Assembly (NCBI GenBank): GCA_001782035.1
Contig: MFNL01000002.1
Coordinates: 188,865 to 252,864, forward strand
Source of the DNA: Candidatus Levybacteria bacterium RIFCSPHIGHO2_01_FULL_37_17
GTDB lineage: Bacteria > Patescibacteriota > Microgenomatia > Levybacterales > UBA12049
Length of the DNA: 64,000 nt
Reading direction: 5' to 3'
Each line of letters opens with the position of its first letter. The first letter of the stretch is position 1. The notes under the pieces are model-generated. The model searched no databases. It was given only the letters and a program-made list of their open reading frames with translations, and was not told the DNA's origin. The translations under genes and the position numbers were made by a program. This document shows positions 18,682 through 28,754 of the stretch, one piece after another.

Positions 18682-19119
18682 ATGGGTATGAGCGAAAGAG
18701 ACAGACAAATAGGTATTAGAGGAAGAAGGGGAGGTCACTTACCCGGACGATTAATCTCAATAAAAGAGTATGAGAGACGTCGCGGCGAAATATCAGCCGA
18801 CAGACCTGTTTCGCCGATTTCTGTAGCTGACACGTCGTTTAATACTTTTAAAAGATGGTACATTCAAAGACTTTCTTCAAGCACTCCTGATTCTGAATTT
18901 GAAGGACTAGATAAATCAAAAATATTAAGACAGTTTGAAAAAGCCGCAAGCTCATATGAGGAAATTTTTAAGACCTTTAGGGCAAAAGACTTAGACCATC
19001 AAGATGTAGACATCAATGCTTTAGTAGAAGCATACGATTCCGATCTGTTTGGCATTACAACAAAAATCATGAGATCAGAATTAGTAAGAATTGCAAAAAC
19101 TAGAGCCAAGTTATCCTAG
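18682..19119 (+). CDS. Hypothetical protein
   Basis: ATG 18682 or 18688 after TGcTACCAT. Confidence 0.55.
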   Translation: MGMSERDRQIGIRGRRGGHLPGRLISIKEYERRRGEISADRPVSPISVADTSFNTFKRWYIQRLSSSTPDSEFEGLDKSKILRQFEKAASSYEEIFKTFRAKDLDHQDVDINALVEAYDSDLFGITTKIMRSELVRIAKTRAKLS

Positions 19120-19139
19120 AATTGTGTTAAAATAATTCT

Positions 19140-20414
19140 ATGGGGTTAATCCGCAATTTTTCTGGTCTTTCGACAACAACTGAACGCAAAATCGTTTTAG
19201 ATTTAATAGAAGCAGCCCTATCCTCAATACAGCCATCTAATGTACTACAGATTAGTTTCAAGCTCGATAAAAACATTTTAAAAATTAACGACAAAGAGCT
19301 TAATCTTTTAGAATATAAAAGAATTTTCCTAGTTGCATTTGGCAAAGGATCAGCAGGCATTGCTAAAATTATCGAAGACAGCTTGGGACAGAAGCTTACA
19401 AAAGGCTTTTGTATAGATACAAAAGAGGAAAATTTTGACAAAATTGACTTCACGCTAGGCACCCACCCACTTCCTTCCAGGGAAAATATACAATTCACAC
19501 AAAAAGTTTTAGAAAATTTAAAGAATTTAACTCAACAAGATTTAGTTTTAGTAGTAATTTGTGGTGGAGGATCGGTAATGTTTGAACTTCCATTTAAAAT
19601 AACTTTGGAAAAATTAATTGAAGTAAACCAAACGTTGCTTAAAAATGGAGCGACAATTTTTGAAACAAACACAATAAGAAAGCATTTGAGCAGGGTTAAG
19701 GGAGGAGGGCTAGCTAAAGAACTTTTGCCTGCTAAGCTAGTTTCTTTAATTTTCTCAGATGTAGCCGGAAATGACTTATCAACCATTGCCTCAGGAACTA
19801 CAGTTGAGGATCCAACAACAGTTGAAGATGCCTTACAAATCGTTGAGAAATATCAAATGAAAGATTTACTTTCAGAAAATGACTTTATTGAGTCGCCAAA
19901 AGACAAAGATATTTTTAGAAACGTAGACAATATCTTAATGCTAAGCAATCTTACAGCTTTAAACGCAATGCGAGATAGGGCCAATTCGTTGGGAATTGAA
20001 GTACAAATACTAACCAATAAGTTCCAGTCCGAAGCAAAAAAAGCTGCAAAAAGTCTCATTGGAAAAACGAAAAAAGGCAATATACTCTTAGCCGGAGGAG
20101 AAACTACGGTTAAAGTCAACAATTTAAAAGGCGACGGAGGAAGAAATCAGGAAGTTGCACTCTCTTCCCTTTTTGAGCTGGATGAAAATACTACACTAGC
20201 CGCTTTTGATTCGGACGGCTGGGACAATAGCGAAGTGGCGGGAGCAATAGTTGATTACAACTCTTATCTTCGCGCAAAAGAACTTGGCTTAAGCCCTGAA
20301 AAATTTTTAAACGAAAATAACAGTCTTGTATTTTTTAAGCATTTAGGCGATGCTATAATTACAGGGAGACTTCCCTCTAACGTTTCTGATTTATATATAG
20401 TTTATAAAAAATAA
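19140..20414 (+). CDS. Glycerate 2-kinase (DUF4147/MOFRL)
   Basis: HPLP, GGGS, RKHLSRVKGG, GGETTV, GGRNQE, DG.D. Confidence 0.9.
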   Translation: MGLIRNFSGLSTTTERKIVLDLIEAALSSIQPSNVLQISFKLDKNILKINDKELNLLEYKRIFLVAFGKGSAGIAKIIEDSLGQKLTKGFCIDTKEENFDKIDFTLGTHPLPSRENIQFTQKVLENLKNLTQQDLVLVVICGGGSVMFELPFKITLEKLIEVNQTLLKNGATIFETNTIRKHLSRVKGGGLAKELLPAKLVSLIFSDVAGNDLSTIASGTTVEDPTTVEDALQIVEKYQMKDLLSENDFIESPKDKDIFRNVDNILMLSNLTALNAMRDRANSLGIEVQILTNKFQSEAKKAAKSLIGKTKKGNILLAGGETTVKVNNLKGDGGRNQEVALSSLFELDENTTLAAFDSDGWDNSEVAGAIVDYNSYLRAKELGLSPEKFLNENNSLVFFKHLGDAIITGRLPSNVSDLYIVYKK

Positions 20415-21280
20415 TGGATATTCCTGCCCTTTACGACGACAAACTACGAGAGCTCGAGCTAAAAGCAAACGAAGCTCGGGAGCTTGTTATAAAAACTTTA
20501 CTTGAAGCAGGCTCAGGACACAGCGCCGGCCCTTTGGGAATGGCAGATGTTTTTACCGCTTTTTACTTCCACATTTTAAACCATGATCCTAAAAAACCTG
20601 AATGGGAAGACCGAGACAGGCTTATTCTTTCCAATGGACATATCTGCCCTATTCGATATGTAACAATGGCAATGAGCGGCTACTTTCCAATTGAAGAGCT
20701 TAAAACTTTGCGAAAAATTGATTCCCGTCTTCAGGGACATCCCCACAGAAATGCCCTACCCGGTTTGGAAACAACATCCGGCCCTTTAGGAGAAGGTATT
20801 TCACAGGCAATAGGTGTATCGCTTGCTGCAAAGCTGGATAATAAAAATTACCATACATTTGTAGTTGCTTCGGACGGCGAACACCAGGAAGGAAATACTT
20901 GGGAGGCTTTGATGTTTGCAGGAAAACACAAGCTAAATAATTTAACCTTGGTACTTGATCGAAATAATATACAAATAGACGGATTTACAGAAAATGTAAT
21001 GCCCCTTGAACCACTAAAAGAAAAGTATTCCTCTTTTAACTGGGAGGTATTTGAGGCCGATGGCAATAATATAAGGGAGTTTATAGATGTTATCAAGCTT
21101 GCAAAAAAAGTGTTTGAGAAGCCATCGGTTGTTATTGCGCACACAATACCCGGCAAAGGAGTTTCATTTATGGAAAAGGATTTTCACTGGCATGGAAAGC
21201 CGCCAAACGAGGCAGAGGCTAAAAAAGCATTAAAAGAACTTAGGACTTTACAAGGAAGAATAATTTCGGAACACGAGTAA
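20414..21280 (+). CDS. Transketolase N-terminal subunit
   Basis: GSGH, RDRLILSNGH, LQGHP, DGE.QEG..WEA, WHGK. Confidence 0.93.
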   Translation: MDIPALYDDKLRELELKANEARELVIKTLLEAGSGHSAGPLGMADVFTAFYFHILNHDPKKPEWEDRDRLILSNGHICPIRYVTMAMSGYFPIEELKTLRKIDSRLQGHPHRNALPGLETTSGPLGEGISQAIGVSLAAKLDNKNYHTFVVASDGEHQEGNTWEALMFAGKHKLNNLTLVLDRNNIQIDGFTENVMPLEPLKEKYSSFNWEVFEADGNNIREFIDVIKLAKKVFEKPSVVIAHTIPGKGVSFMEKDFHWHGKPPNEAEAKKALKELRTLQGRIISEHE

Positions 21281-22263
21281 TGTTAAATCCAGATTTACAT
21301 CTAAATTCTAAAGTTTTTGATAAAGACGTTGAGCAAAAAGCAACCAGAGAGGGCTTTGGAGAAGCTTTAATTGAGCTAGGTGAACAAAATTCAAATGTCG
21401 TAGTGCTGACAGCAGACCTTTCCGAAAGTACAAGAACAGACGGGTTTGAAAAAAAATTCCCACAGCGTTTTTTCGAAGTAGGGGTTGCAGAACAAAATAT
21501 GGCGGCAATTGCAGCAGGATTGGGCATTTCGGGTAAAATCCCCTTCATATCATCATACGCTTGCTTTTCTCCCGGCAAAAACTGGGAAACAATACGAACA
21601 ACAATTATTTACAATAAGGCAAATGTAAAAATAGCCGGACATCATAGCGGTATTATGACAGGACCCGACGGAGCTACTCACCAGGCAACCGAGGATATTG
21701 CAATAACAAGAGTATGGCCAGGCATAGAAGTTTTTGTCCCATGCGACTCAAATGAAGCGCATTGGGCAACTCTAGAAGCTGCTAGAATTTCCGGTCCTGT
21801 ATATTTAAGATTTACACGAGATAAATCTCCAATAATTACTACTGACAAAACTCCTTTTGATAAAAATGTGCAAATGTATTGGGTAAGCAAAAACCCAAAA
21901 GTTGTGATTTTCGCCTGTGGATATTTGCTCTACTACGCACTTCTTGCAGCTAAAAATCTAGAACAAAAGGGTGTAAATGTCTTGGTGGCAAATATTTCAA
22001 CTATTAAACCCGCAGATGAAAAAACAATTATTGAACTCGCAAAAAAAACAGGTAAAGTTGTAACAGTGGAGGATCATCAAACCTCAGGCGGATTAGGCGG
22101 TATGATTGCTGAAGTTTTATCCAGTAATCTCCCTACTCCCATGGAGTTTATTGGCCTGAGAAACACATTTGCAGAATCAGGGAAACCTTCAGAATTAATA
22201 AAGAAATACAAAATGGACGATAAAGCAATAGAGGAAGCAGTTTTAAGGCATTTAAAAATATAA
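21280..22263 (+). CDS. Transketolase C-terminal subunit
   Basis: GVAEQNM, DGATHQ, VEDH..GGLG. Confidence 0.93.
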   Translation: MLNPDLHLNSKVFDKDVEQKATREGFGEALIELGEQNSNVVVLTADLSESTRTDGFEKKFPQRFFEVGVAEQNMAAIAAGLGISGKIPFISSYACFSPGKNWETIRTTIIYNKANVKIAGHHSGIMTGPDGATHQATEDIAITRVWPGIEVFVPCDSNEAHWATLEAARISGPVYLRFTRDKSPIITTDKTPFDKNVQMYWVSKNPKVVIFACGYLLYYALLAAKNLEQKGVNVLVANISTIKPADEKTIIELAKKTGKVVTVEDHQTSGGLGGMIAEVLSSNLPTPMEFIGLRNTFAESGKPSELIKKYKMDDKAIEEAVLRHLKI

Positions 22264-22270
22264 GTTTGAT

Positions 22271-23932
22271 ATGGATTTGAATTTATTTGAAGAATTAAAG
22301 ACGGTGATTAAAGGCGACGTGAGCTTTGATGATGAAACTCTTAAAACTTATAGCCACGACGCAAGCATTTTCGAAGTAAAACCAAAAGTTGTTGTTTTTC
22401 CCAAAGACGTTGATGACTTAAAGGCCTTGGTGAAATTCGTAAACGAGCACAAATCTTTGGATAACTCTCTTTCTCTTACCGCAAGATCTGCCGGAACAGA
22501 TATGAGCGGAGGCTCTTTAAATGAATCAATAATTGTATCTTTTACCAAGTACTTTAGTAAAATTCTTGGGATTGAGGGAAATATCGCAACTGCAGAACCT
22601 GGGGTTTATTACAGAGATTTTGAAAAATTTACGCTTCAACAAGGCCTTATATACCCGTCTTATCCAGCTTCAAAAGAAATTTGTGCAATAGGAGGAATCG
22701 TAAACAATAATGCGGGAGGAGAAAAATCACTGCAATACGGAAAAACCGAAAAATACATCAAAAAAATTAAAATGGTCCTCTCCGATGGAAATGAATATGA
22801 ATTTGAACCCCTGTCGGACAGACAGCTTTCCGAAAAATTGCTTTTGCAAAGCTTTGAAGGAGAAGTTTATAGAGGCATTCATGCCTTGGTCTCAAAAAAC
22901 TACGACTTATTACAAAAAGCAAAGCCTACCGTTTCTAAAAATAGCGCTGGTTATTATTTATGGGGTGTATATGACAAGGGAAATAATATTTTTGACTTAA
23001 CTAAGGTTTTGGTGGGAGCTCAAGGAACGCTAGGACTGATGACAGAAGCTAGTCTTGAGCTTTTACCAATTAAAAAACACAGTGAGATGCTTGTAGTATT
23101 TTTGGATGAAAAAGATATGAATAAACTCGGGGAGATAATAAACATAGTGCTACCTCTTGAGCCGGAAAGCTTTGAAACTTATGATGACAACACCTTGAAG
23201 CTTGCGGTTAAGTATTTTCCAGAATTTGCAAAAAAAATGGGTGCAAGAAACGTAATTTCAACGGCATTTCATTTCATTCCGGAATTCTTAATGGTGGCAA
23301 GAAATGGAGTGCCAAAGCTTATTTTACAAATCGAATTTACGGGAAATAATTTTGACGACTTATTGGATAAAATAAAAACGCTAAAAGATAAACTAAAGGC
23401 TTTCAACCTAAAAACCAGAGTTGCCGGAAACGAAAAGCAATCAAAGAAATATTGGCTCATTCGAAGAGAAAGTTTTAATTTGTTAAGGGAAAAAATTAAA
23501 GATAAGCACACTGCCCCATTTATAGACGATATAGTTGTAGCACCACAGCATCTTGAGGATTTTTTGCCAAAATTAAACGAAATTTTATCCAAATATCCAA
23601 CACTTATATATACAATCGCAGGGCATCTGGGTGACGGAAACTTCCACATTATTCCTCTTATGAATTTGCATGAAGCTTCTCAGCGCGAAATTATTCCAAG
23701 GCTGGAAGAAGAGGTTTATGATTTAGTTTTTTCCTACAACGGTTCAACAACCGGCGAACACAACGACGGCTTGGTAAGAAGCAATTATTTGGAAAAAATG
23801 TATGGGAAAGAAGTTTACTCGCTTTTTAAAAAAACTAAAGAGATTTTTGACCCGAAAAATATATTTAATCCCTTAAAAAAGACGGATTTTGACGAAACTT
23901 TTGCCCAAAATCATATTAGGCAGAGCTGGTAG
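22271..23932 (+). CDS. FAD-linked oxidase (GlcD/D-lactate dehydrogenase family)
   Basis: RSAGT, KNSAGY, GHLGDGNFH, GEHNDGL.R. Confidence 0.88.
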   Translation: MDLNLFEELKTVIKGDVSFDDETLKTYSHDASIFEVKPKVVVFPKDVDDLKALVKFVNEHKSLDNSLSLTARSAGTDMSGGSLNESIIVSFTKYFSKILGIEGNIATAEPGVYYRDFEKFTLQQGLIYPSYPASKEICAIGGIVNNNAGGEKSLQYGKTEKYIKKIKMVLSDGNEYEFEPLSDRQLSEKLLLQSFEGEVYRGIHALVSKNYDLLQKAKPTVSKNSAGYYLWGVYDKGNNIFDLTKVLVGAQGTLGLMTEASLELLPIKKHSEMLVVFLDEKDMNKLGEIINIVLPLEPESFETYDDNTLKLAVKYFPEFAKKMGARNVISTAFHFIPEFLMVARNGVPKLILQIEFTGNNFDDLLDKIKTLKDKLKAFNLKTRVAGNEKQSKKYWLIRRESFNLLREKIKDKHTAPFIDDIVVAPQHLEDFLPKLNEILSKYPTLIYTIAGHLGDGNFHIIPLMNLHEASQREIIPRLEEEVYDLVFSYNGSTTGEHNDGLVRSNYLEKMYGKEVYSLFKKTKEIFDPKNIFNPLKKTDFDETFAQNHIRQSW

Positions 23933-24842
23933 ATTTTTCTGTAAAGACATTATAAAATTTTATGAAATTGTCGGGAATATTATTTAGCGCTTCTTCACTG
24001 TATGATTCTTTTCTGTAGTACTTCTCCCACGCATCCCAAAAGACAGTCCTTCCTACGGCAAAACCAATTATCCCGGGTATTCCTGCGCCGGCCTTTAGCC
24101 ATTCTTCTACATGCTGCTCATCTGCGCCCCTGCCAAGTATTATAAGACTAACGTTTTGTCTGTGATCTTTCTGTATAGCTGAAACGACTTTATTATAATT
24201 TTCTTTTTCGGAAAATCCTTCTAACTTCCATACATCGGCTTCAATACCGTAATCCTGAAGTTCAGAAATTACCCGCACTGTCAAATCTGCTCTTAAAACT
24301 TTATCGTAGCTTTCATTACTTCCTCCCACCATAGCAAGCTGCTGTTCGGTCGGCAAAACCAATACCTCCAATAAAAATTTGTAGTTATTTTCATGACTGA
24401 AATCATTAAGAATTTTTATATGCCTTTTTTGTTTTTCTCTGGAATCAGGTGGGTCTTCGGGATTAAATTTTATTAAAGTTTTTGTAAAATCAGGCTTATA
24501 TTTTTCTATATGACGACCAAATTCCTGACCATATTCAAACTCAACAATATTTTGACCGCTTTTTTCCGTGGTTAAAATTGTTATAAAACCATCACCCTTA
24601 GCCTCTCTTAAAACATCACTTCCAAATTCCTCATCGCATAATATGCCTGCAAACCCTAGCGGAATTTTTCTATGAACTATTTCCTTAAAGTGATTATAAA
24701 CCAACATTTTAAAATCTCTTATTAAATCTCTTTGTTCTAGGGATAAATACTGAGTTGAGCTATATCCAAAAGAAACCGCAAAAGTTGCTCTGTGGTCAAA
24801 AGGCAAAATATAAAGAGGCTTGTTATATCCGATTTCCTGCAT
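23916..24842 (-). CDS. DUF2090/class I aldolase-like TIM barrel
   Basis: LPFDHR, DVWKLEG, ILGRG, GFAVGRTVF. Confidence 0.85.
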   Translation of the reverse strand: MQEIGYNKPLYILPFDHRATFAVSFGYSSTQYLSLEQRDLIRDFKMLVYNHFKEIVHRKIPLGFAGILCDEEFGSDVLREAKGDGFITILTTEKSGQNIVEFEYGQEFGRHIEKYKPDFTKTLIKFNPEDPPDSREKQKRHIKILNDFSHENNYKFLLEVLVLPTEQQLAMVGGSNESYDKVLRADLTVRVISELQDYGIEADVWKLEGFSEKENYNKVVSAIQKDHRQNVSLIILGRGADEQHVEEWLKAGAGIPGIIGFAVGRTVFWDAWEKYYRKESYSEEALNNIPDNFIKFYNVFTEKSTSSA

Positions 24843-24845
24843 AGC

Positions 24846-24986
24846 TTATTTATACCCAAGCATGCTTGAAACGAAGAATACCGAAGTTAAAAGAACGAAT
24901 GCCAAAAGTAACAAAAATGTCAATGAATTATATTCAAATAACTGTTTCCTTGCTTTCCTCGGCGCTGCTTTTTTTCTTTTTGCCAT
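24846..24986 (-). CDS. Unannotated 46-aa basic single-TM small protein
   Basis: MAKRKKAAPRKARKQLFEYNSLTFLLLLAFVLLTSVFFVSSMLGYK; SD GGAGGTG; TTGACA at 25029-25034. Confidence 0.7.
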   Translation of the reverse strand: MAKRKKAAPRKARKQLFEYNSLTFLLLLAFVLLTSVFFVSSMLGYK

Positions 24987-25085
24987 AAATTTTCACCTCC
25001 TAGTTTATTATGACATACAAGTACTCCTTGTCAAATGATAATTTACTACTTGACAAGCATAATATTCTAGGATACGCTAAAAATT

Positions 25086-25229
25086 GTGCTACACCTTATT
25101 GCTGATTTGCTTACAATAAAAGGCTTTCGAAAAAACAAGCGATTTGCCGTAGTTACGGTTGCCTACTCCGACCTAAATAGACAAAGAGAAATTCTTCGAA
25201 AAATTGCCCAGATCTCTAAATCTAGCTAA
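25086..25229 (+). CDS. Possible 47-aa leaderless small protein
   Basis: TTGACA(25050)-17-TACGCT then GTG; MLHLIADLLTIKGFRKNKRFAVVTVAYSDLNRQREILRKIAQISKSS. Confidence 0.4.
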   Translation: MLHLIADLLTIKGFRKNKRFAVVTVAYSDLNRQREILRKIAQISKSS

Positions 25230-26394
25230 GTCCTAACCCCAAAACCCCATCGAATAGTAATATGCTCTGTTTCTTTGCGGAAGAAGGATAGTCTGAGCTA
25301 ATCGTTTCCCAAACAACAGCAAGTGCTCTGGGCATATTTAGATCATTATTTATTGCATCTTGGAATTTAGCTTCCAGCTCTGCACAACCTATTTTAGGCT
25401 CATCGTAGGAGGACACTGTTTTCTTAAGTCTTTTAAGTGCGGTTTGAGAAGCCTGCAGGGCCTCCCATGTAAAATTCATTTCCTGTCTATAATGAGTTTG
25501 CAAAAAAAGATATCTAAGAGCCAACGGCTCAAAACCTCTTTTTTTAACATCAGCGAGGGTGTGGAAATTATTTAAACTCTTGCTCATTTTACCACCGTCA
25601 ACTAATAAATGAGCCCCGTGAATCCAGTATTTTACAAAAGGAGCCTCTCCTGTTTTTGCTTCTGATTGAGCAATTTCATTTTCGTGATGAGGAAAAATTA
25701 AATCAACTCCACCCGTATGGATATCTATTCTATTTCCTAATGTGTCTTGGCTCATTGTCGAACATTCGATATGCCATCCGGGTCTTCCCTTCCCCCAAGG
25801 TGATTCAAATCCAAACTCGGAATCGGACACGGACTTCCACAAAGCAAAATCCGCTGCATCATCTTTTGTATACTCATCAGACAATGTTCTTGTACCTGTT
25901 TTTAGCTGTTTTGCATCAATTCTAGATAATTTTCCATAATTTGGAAACCTTGATATATCAAAATAAACCGACCCGTCCTTTTCTACGTAAGCAAAACCTT
26001 TATTAACTAGAGCTTCAATGTACTTAATCATTTTTTCAACATAATCTGTGGCCCTAGGCTGGTCAGAAGGTGCTTTAAGCGGAACATTTAGCTCTTGAGT
26101 GTCATTAATAAAATATTGATAATATTCATTCGTTATTTGATCTATTGTTTTGTTATTTTCGGCTGCTTTTTTAATTATCTTGTCTTCAATATCTGTTATA
26201 TTCTGAACTGATGTAACTTCAAACCCGTTAAATTTTAATGTTCTGTATAAAAAGTCGGAGAAAACAAAAGTTCTTAGGTTCCCAATGTGCATATGGTCAT
26301 AAACAGTTGGTCCGCAAGTGTACATTAAAACTTTTTTACCACTCAAAGGCTTAAATTCTTCTATTGTGTGAGATAGTGTATTATATATTTTCAT
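25222..26394 (-). CDS. cysS: Cysteine--tRNA ligase (C-terminally short)
   Basis: CGPTVYD.MHIGN, PGWHIECS, FPHHENE, KMSKS. Confidence 0.97.
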   Translation of the reverse strand: MKIYNTLSHTIEEFKPLSGKKVLMYTCGPTVYDHMHIGNLRTFVFSDFLYRTLKFNGFEVTSVQNITDIEDKIIKKAAENNKTIDQITNEYYQYFINDTQELNVPLKAPSDQPRATDYVEKMIKYIEALVNKGFAYVEKDGSVYFDISRFPNYGKLSRIDAKQLKTGTRTLSDEYTKDDAADFALWKSVSDSEFGFESPWGKGRPGWHIECSTMSQDTLGNRIDIHTGGVDLIFPHHENEIAQSEAKTGEAPFVKYWIHGAHLLVDGGKMSKSLNNFHTLADVKKRGFEPLALRYLFLQTHYRQEMNFTWEALQASQTALKRLKKTVSSYDEPKIGCAELEAKFQDAINNDLNMPRALAVVWETISSDYPSSAKKQSILLFDGVLGLGLS

Positions 26395-26903
26395 CCCACA
26401 ATTCCTCCTTTAATCTCGACGCTTCGCTGTGCTCTAAATCTTGCTAAATCTTCTTTTTTTCTTTGTTGTTGATTTAATTCTGTCATCTTCTTCTGTTCTA
26501 CAACTGCTTCTTCTTGCTCAACTGCCTGCCGCTTTTCCTTTTTCTTTTTCTCATAGGCAAAAAGGGGTTCATAATAATTTGTCTGGTGCAGAGAATTTTG
26601 AAATTGTTGAAGTTCTTTTCTTACCTTAGCAAGTTTTTCTTGGGAATCATCTTGGCTTGGAACTTGATTATCTTGAGACGTTGAAGAAGGCTCATAAAAA
26701 TCTTTAACTATTTCCCTTGCATCTTCTGAAAGCTGCGCTTGTACCTCTTTGTTTTGAATATTAGGTGCAGTTGGGCTTTGAGAGTTTTGAGCCTTATTCC
26801 CTAAAATTTGTTTTTTTGTTGTATCTACTACGCTTGAAGCGCTGTCATCCATTGCCGCTTTTCCTTGCTCAAAAAGCTGCCCAAAATTAGAATTTTTGTC
26901 CAC
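26391..26903 (-). CDS. Hypothetical Q/E/K-rich coiled-coil protein
   Basis: ORF coupled to recR and cysS. Confidence 0.65.
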   Translation of the reverse strand: MDKNSNFGQLFEQGKAAMDDSASSVVDTTKKQILGNKAQNSQSPTAPNIQNKEVQAQLSEDAREIVKDFYEPSSTSQDNQVPSQDDSQEKLAKVRKELQQFQNSLHQTNYYEPLFAYEKKKKEKRQAVEQEEAVVEQKKMTELNQQQRKKEDLARFRAQRSVEIKGGIVG

Positions 26904-27523
26904 TAAAACTCGCTCCTTCCTTCCATTGCTCTTTGCAACGTTATTTCGTCCGCATATTCAATATCAGCTCCAACCGGCAAACCTCTTCCAATCCTTGTAA
27001 TTTTCAGGTTTTGAAGTTTTGGGTTTTGAGTTTTTAACTCTCCAATTTTTTTTGCTATATACATTGCGGTTGCTTCCCCCTCCATAGTAGGATTTGTTGC
27101 CAATATCACCTCTTGTATGTTTTGAGTTTTGAGCCTTTGGAAAAGCGGTACTATATAAATTTCATCAGGGCCAATATTATTTAATGGGTCAATTTTGCCG
27201 TGTAAAACATGGTACAAACCGTTGTATTTCCCGTTTTTTTCAAAAGCTAAAACATCTAAGGGCTCCTCCACGACACAAACTAGCTCTTGCTGTCTACTTT
27301 TGTTTGAACATATACTGCATGGGCTTTTTTCATCTATCATAAAACAGTTTTCGCAAACCACAGTATCTTTTTTTAAGCTGGAAAGACTGTTTGCAAAAAT
27401 GTCCAGTTGCCCTTGCGGAACATGCAAAAGATAAAAAGTCAGTCTTTGAGCAGTTTTCGGTCCAACTCCAGGAAGCTTTTCGAATGATTCTATTAATTTG
27501 TTTATGGTTTTGGGAATTTGCAT
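26903..27523 (-). CDS. recR: Recombination protein RecR
   Basis: LPGVGPKTAQR, C4 zinc finger, ATNPTMEGEATA. Confidence 0.97.
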   Translation of the reverse strand: MQIPKTINKLIESFEKLPGVGPKTAQRLTFYLLHVPQGQLDIFANSLSSLKKDTVVCENCFMIDEKSPCSICSNKSRQQELVCVVEEPLDVLAFEKNGKYNGLYHVLHGKIDPLNNIGPDEIYIVPLFQRLKTQNIQEVILATNPTMEGEATAMYIAKKIGELKTQNPKLQNLKITRIGRGLPVGADIEYADEITLQRAMEGRSEF

Positions 27524-27525
27524 AA

Positions 27526-28428
27526 TTATGAATTTTTAATTGCATCTGCTGCAATCTTTGAAATGGTGAGAACTTCAAGCTTTGGAAACATGTTATAAGA
27601 AGGGATATCAATGCTATCTGACACAAAAACTCGCTCGATTTTACTGTGTTGCAAGAGTTTTTCCGCATGTTTTGCTAAAATCGCATGCGTTGCGAATGCA
27701 TAGACCTTTGTTGCTCCTTCGTTTAACAACAATTCTGATCCCTCCACAAGCGTTTTCCCGGTGGACACCATATCATCAACAATTACTGCGATTTTCCCTC
27801 TTACAAAACCCTCGATTCCCGAATCGCTTATTTCACCGCTGCCTAAATCTCTATTTTTTGTAATAGTAGCAAAAGGAATACCTCCCAAAAGCTCGCTTAC
27901 TTGTTTTATTCTTCTTATGCCTCCCATGTCGGGAGAGACTAAAACCAATTCCTCACTCTTAAAATCTTTTTCAATTCTTTTTGAAAACAAGGCAAGGGCG
28001 GAAAGATGTTTTACCGGGATACTAAACACCTCGGGTATCTTTTGCGAATGCAAATCAAATGTAAAGATTTCACTTGCGCCAACAGTGGAAAGAATTTTTG
28101 CAATAACTTCTAAAGAAACCGCTTCTCCGTCTCTAAAAACATGATCCTGTCTTTGATAGCCAAGATATGGAATTAAGACTTTAACTATCCCTGCTCCACT
28201 TCGCTTTAGGGCGTCAATCATAATAAAAAGCTCCATATAGTTTTCGTCCGGTGGAATTGCAATAGACGCAATTATTAAACACTCTTGCCCAACAACCGAC
28301 TCTCCAATCCTTATTCTTTTTTCTAAATCGGGAAAGACAAAGACTTCAATCGGGGAAAGCCTTAACCCTAATTCCTTAGCAACCTTTAAAGACAGCTTTT
28401 TGCTTGCTGTCCCACTAAAAACCTTCAC
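27526..28428 (-). CDS. prs: Ribose-phosphate pyrophosphokinase
   Basis: PYLGYQRQD, DLHS, SPDMGG, VDDMVSTGKT. Confidence 0.95.
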   Translation of the reverse strand: MKVFSGTASKKLSLKVAKELGLRLSPIEVFVFPDLEKRIRIGESVVGQECLIIASIAIPPDENYMELFIMIDALKRSGAGIVKVLIPYLGYQRQDHVFRDGEAVSLEVIAKILSTVGASEIFTFDLHSQKIPEVFSIPVKHLSALALFSKRIEKDFKSEELVLVSPDMGGIRRIKQVSELLGGIPFATITKNRDLGSGEISDSGIEGFVRGKIAVIVDDMVSTGKTLVEGSELLLNEGATKVYAFATHAILAKHAEKLLQHSKIERVFVSDSIDIPSYNMFPKLEVLTISKIAADAIKNS

Positions 28429-28467
28429 AAACTTATTGTACTATTTAACTAAGCGAAGTCGCAAGAA

Positions 28468-28749
28468 TTATTGTCCTCCCAAAAGTCCCGAGAGGCCGCC
28501 TTGCATTGTAGAAAGTTTTTTTGCCGCAACTTCCTGTGACTTTTTAACTGCTTCATTTACTGCATCTTTTATGTCGTTGTCAGACCTTCCATTTGTTGTA
28601 ATCTCTTGAATTTTTTGATCACCTGTAATTGTTATTTGAACGCCGTGACTGTCAACGTTAACAATTTCAGCCTGAAGTTCTTTTTGAATCTTCATGGCCT
28701 GGTCTCTCATTCTTTTTAACTCACCCAATTTTGCTAATGGATTATCCAT
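28468..28749 (-). CDS. ybaB: Nucleoid-associated protein YbaB/EbfC
   Basis: Follows dnaX; IQKEL..V.IT..G..AVNEA. Confidence 0.85.
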   Translation of the reverse strand: MDNPLAKLGELKRMRDQAMKIQKELQAEIVNVDSHGVQITITGDQKIQEITTNGRSDNDIKDAVNEAVKKSQEVAAKKLSTMQGGLSGLLGGQ

Positions 28750-28754
28750 AAAAA

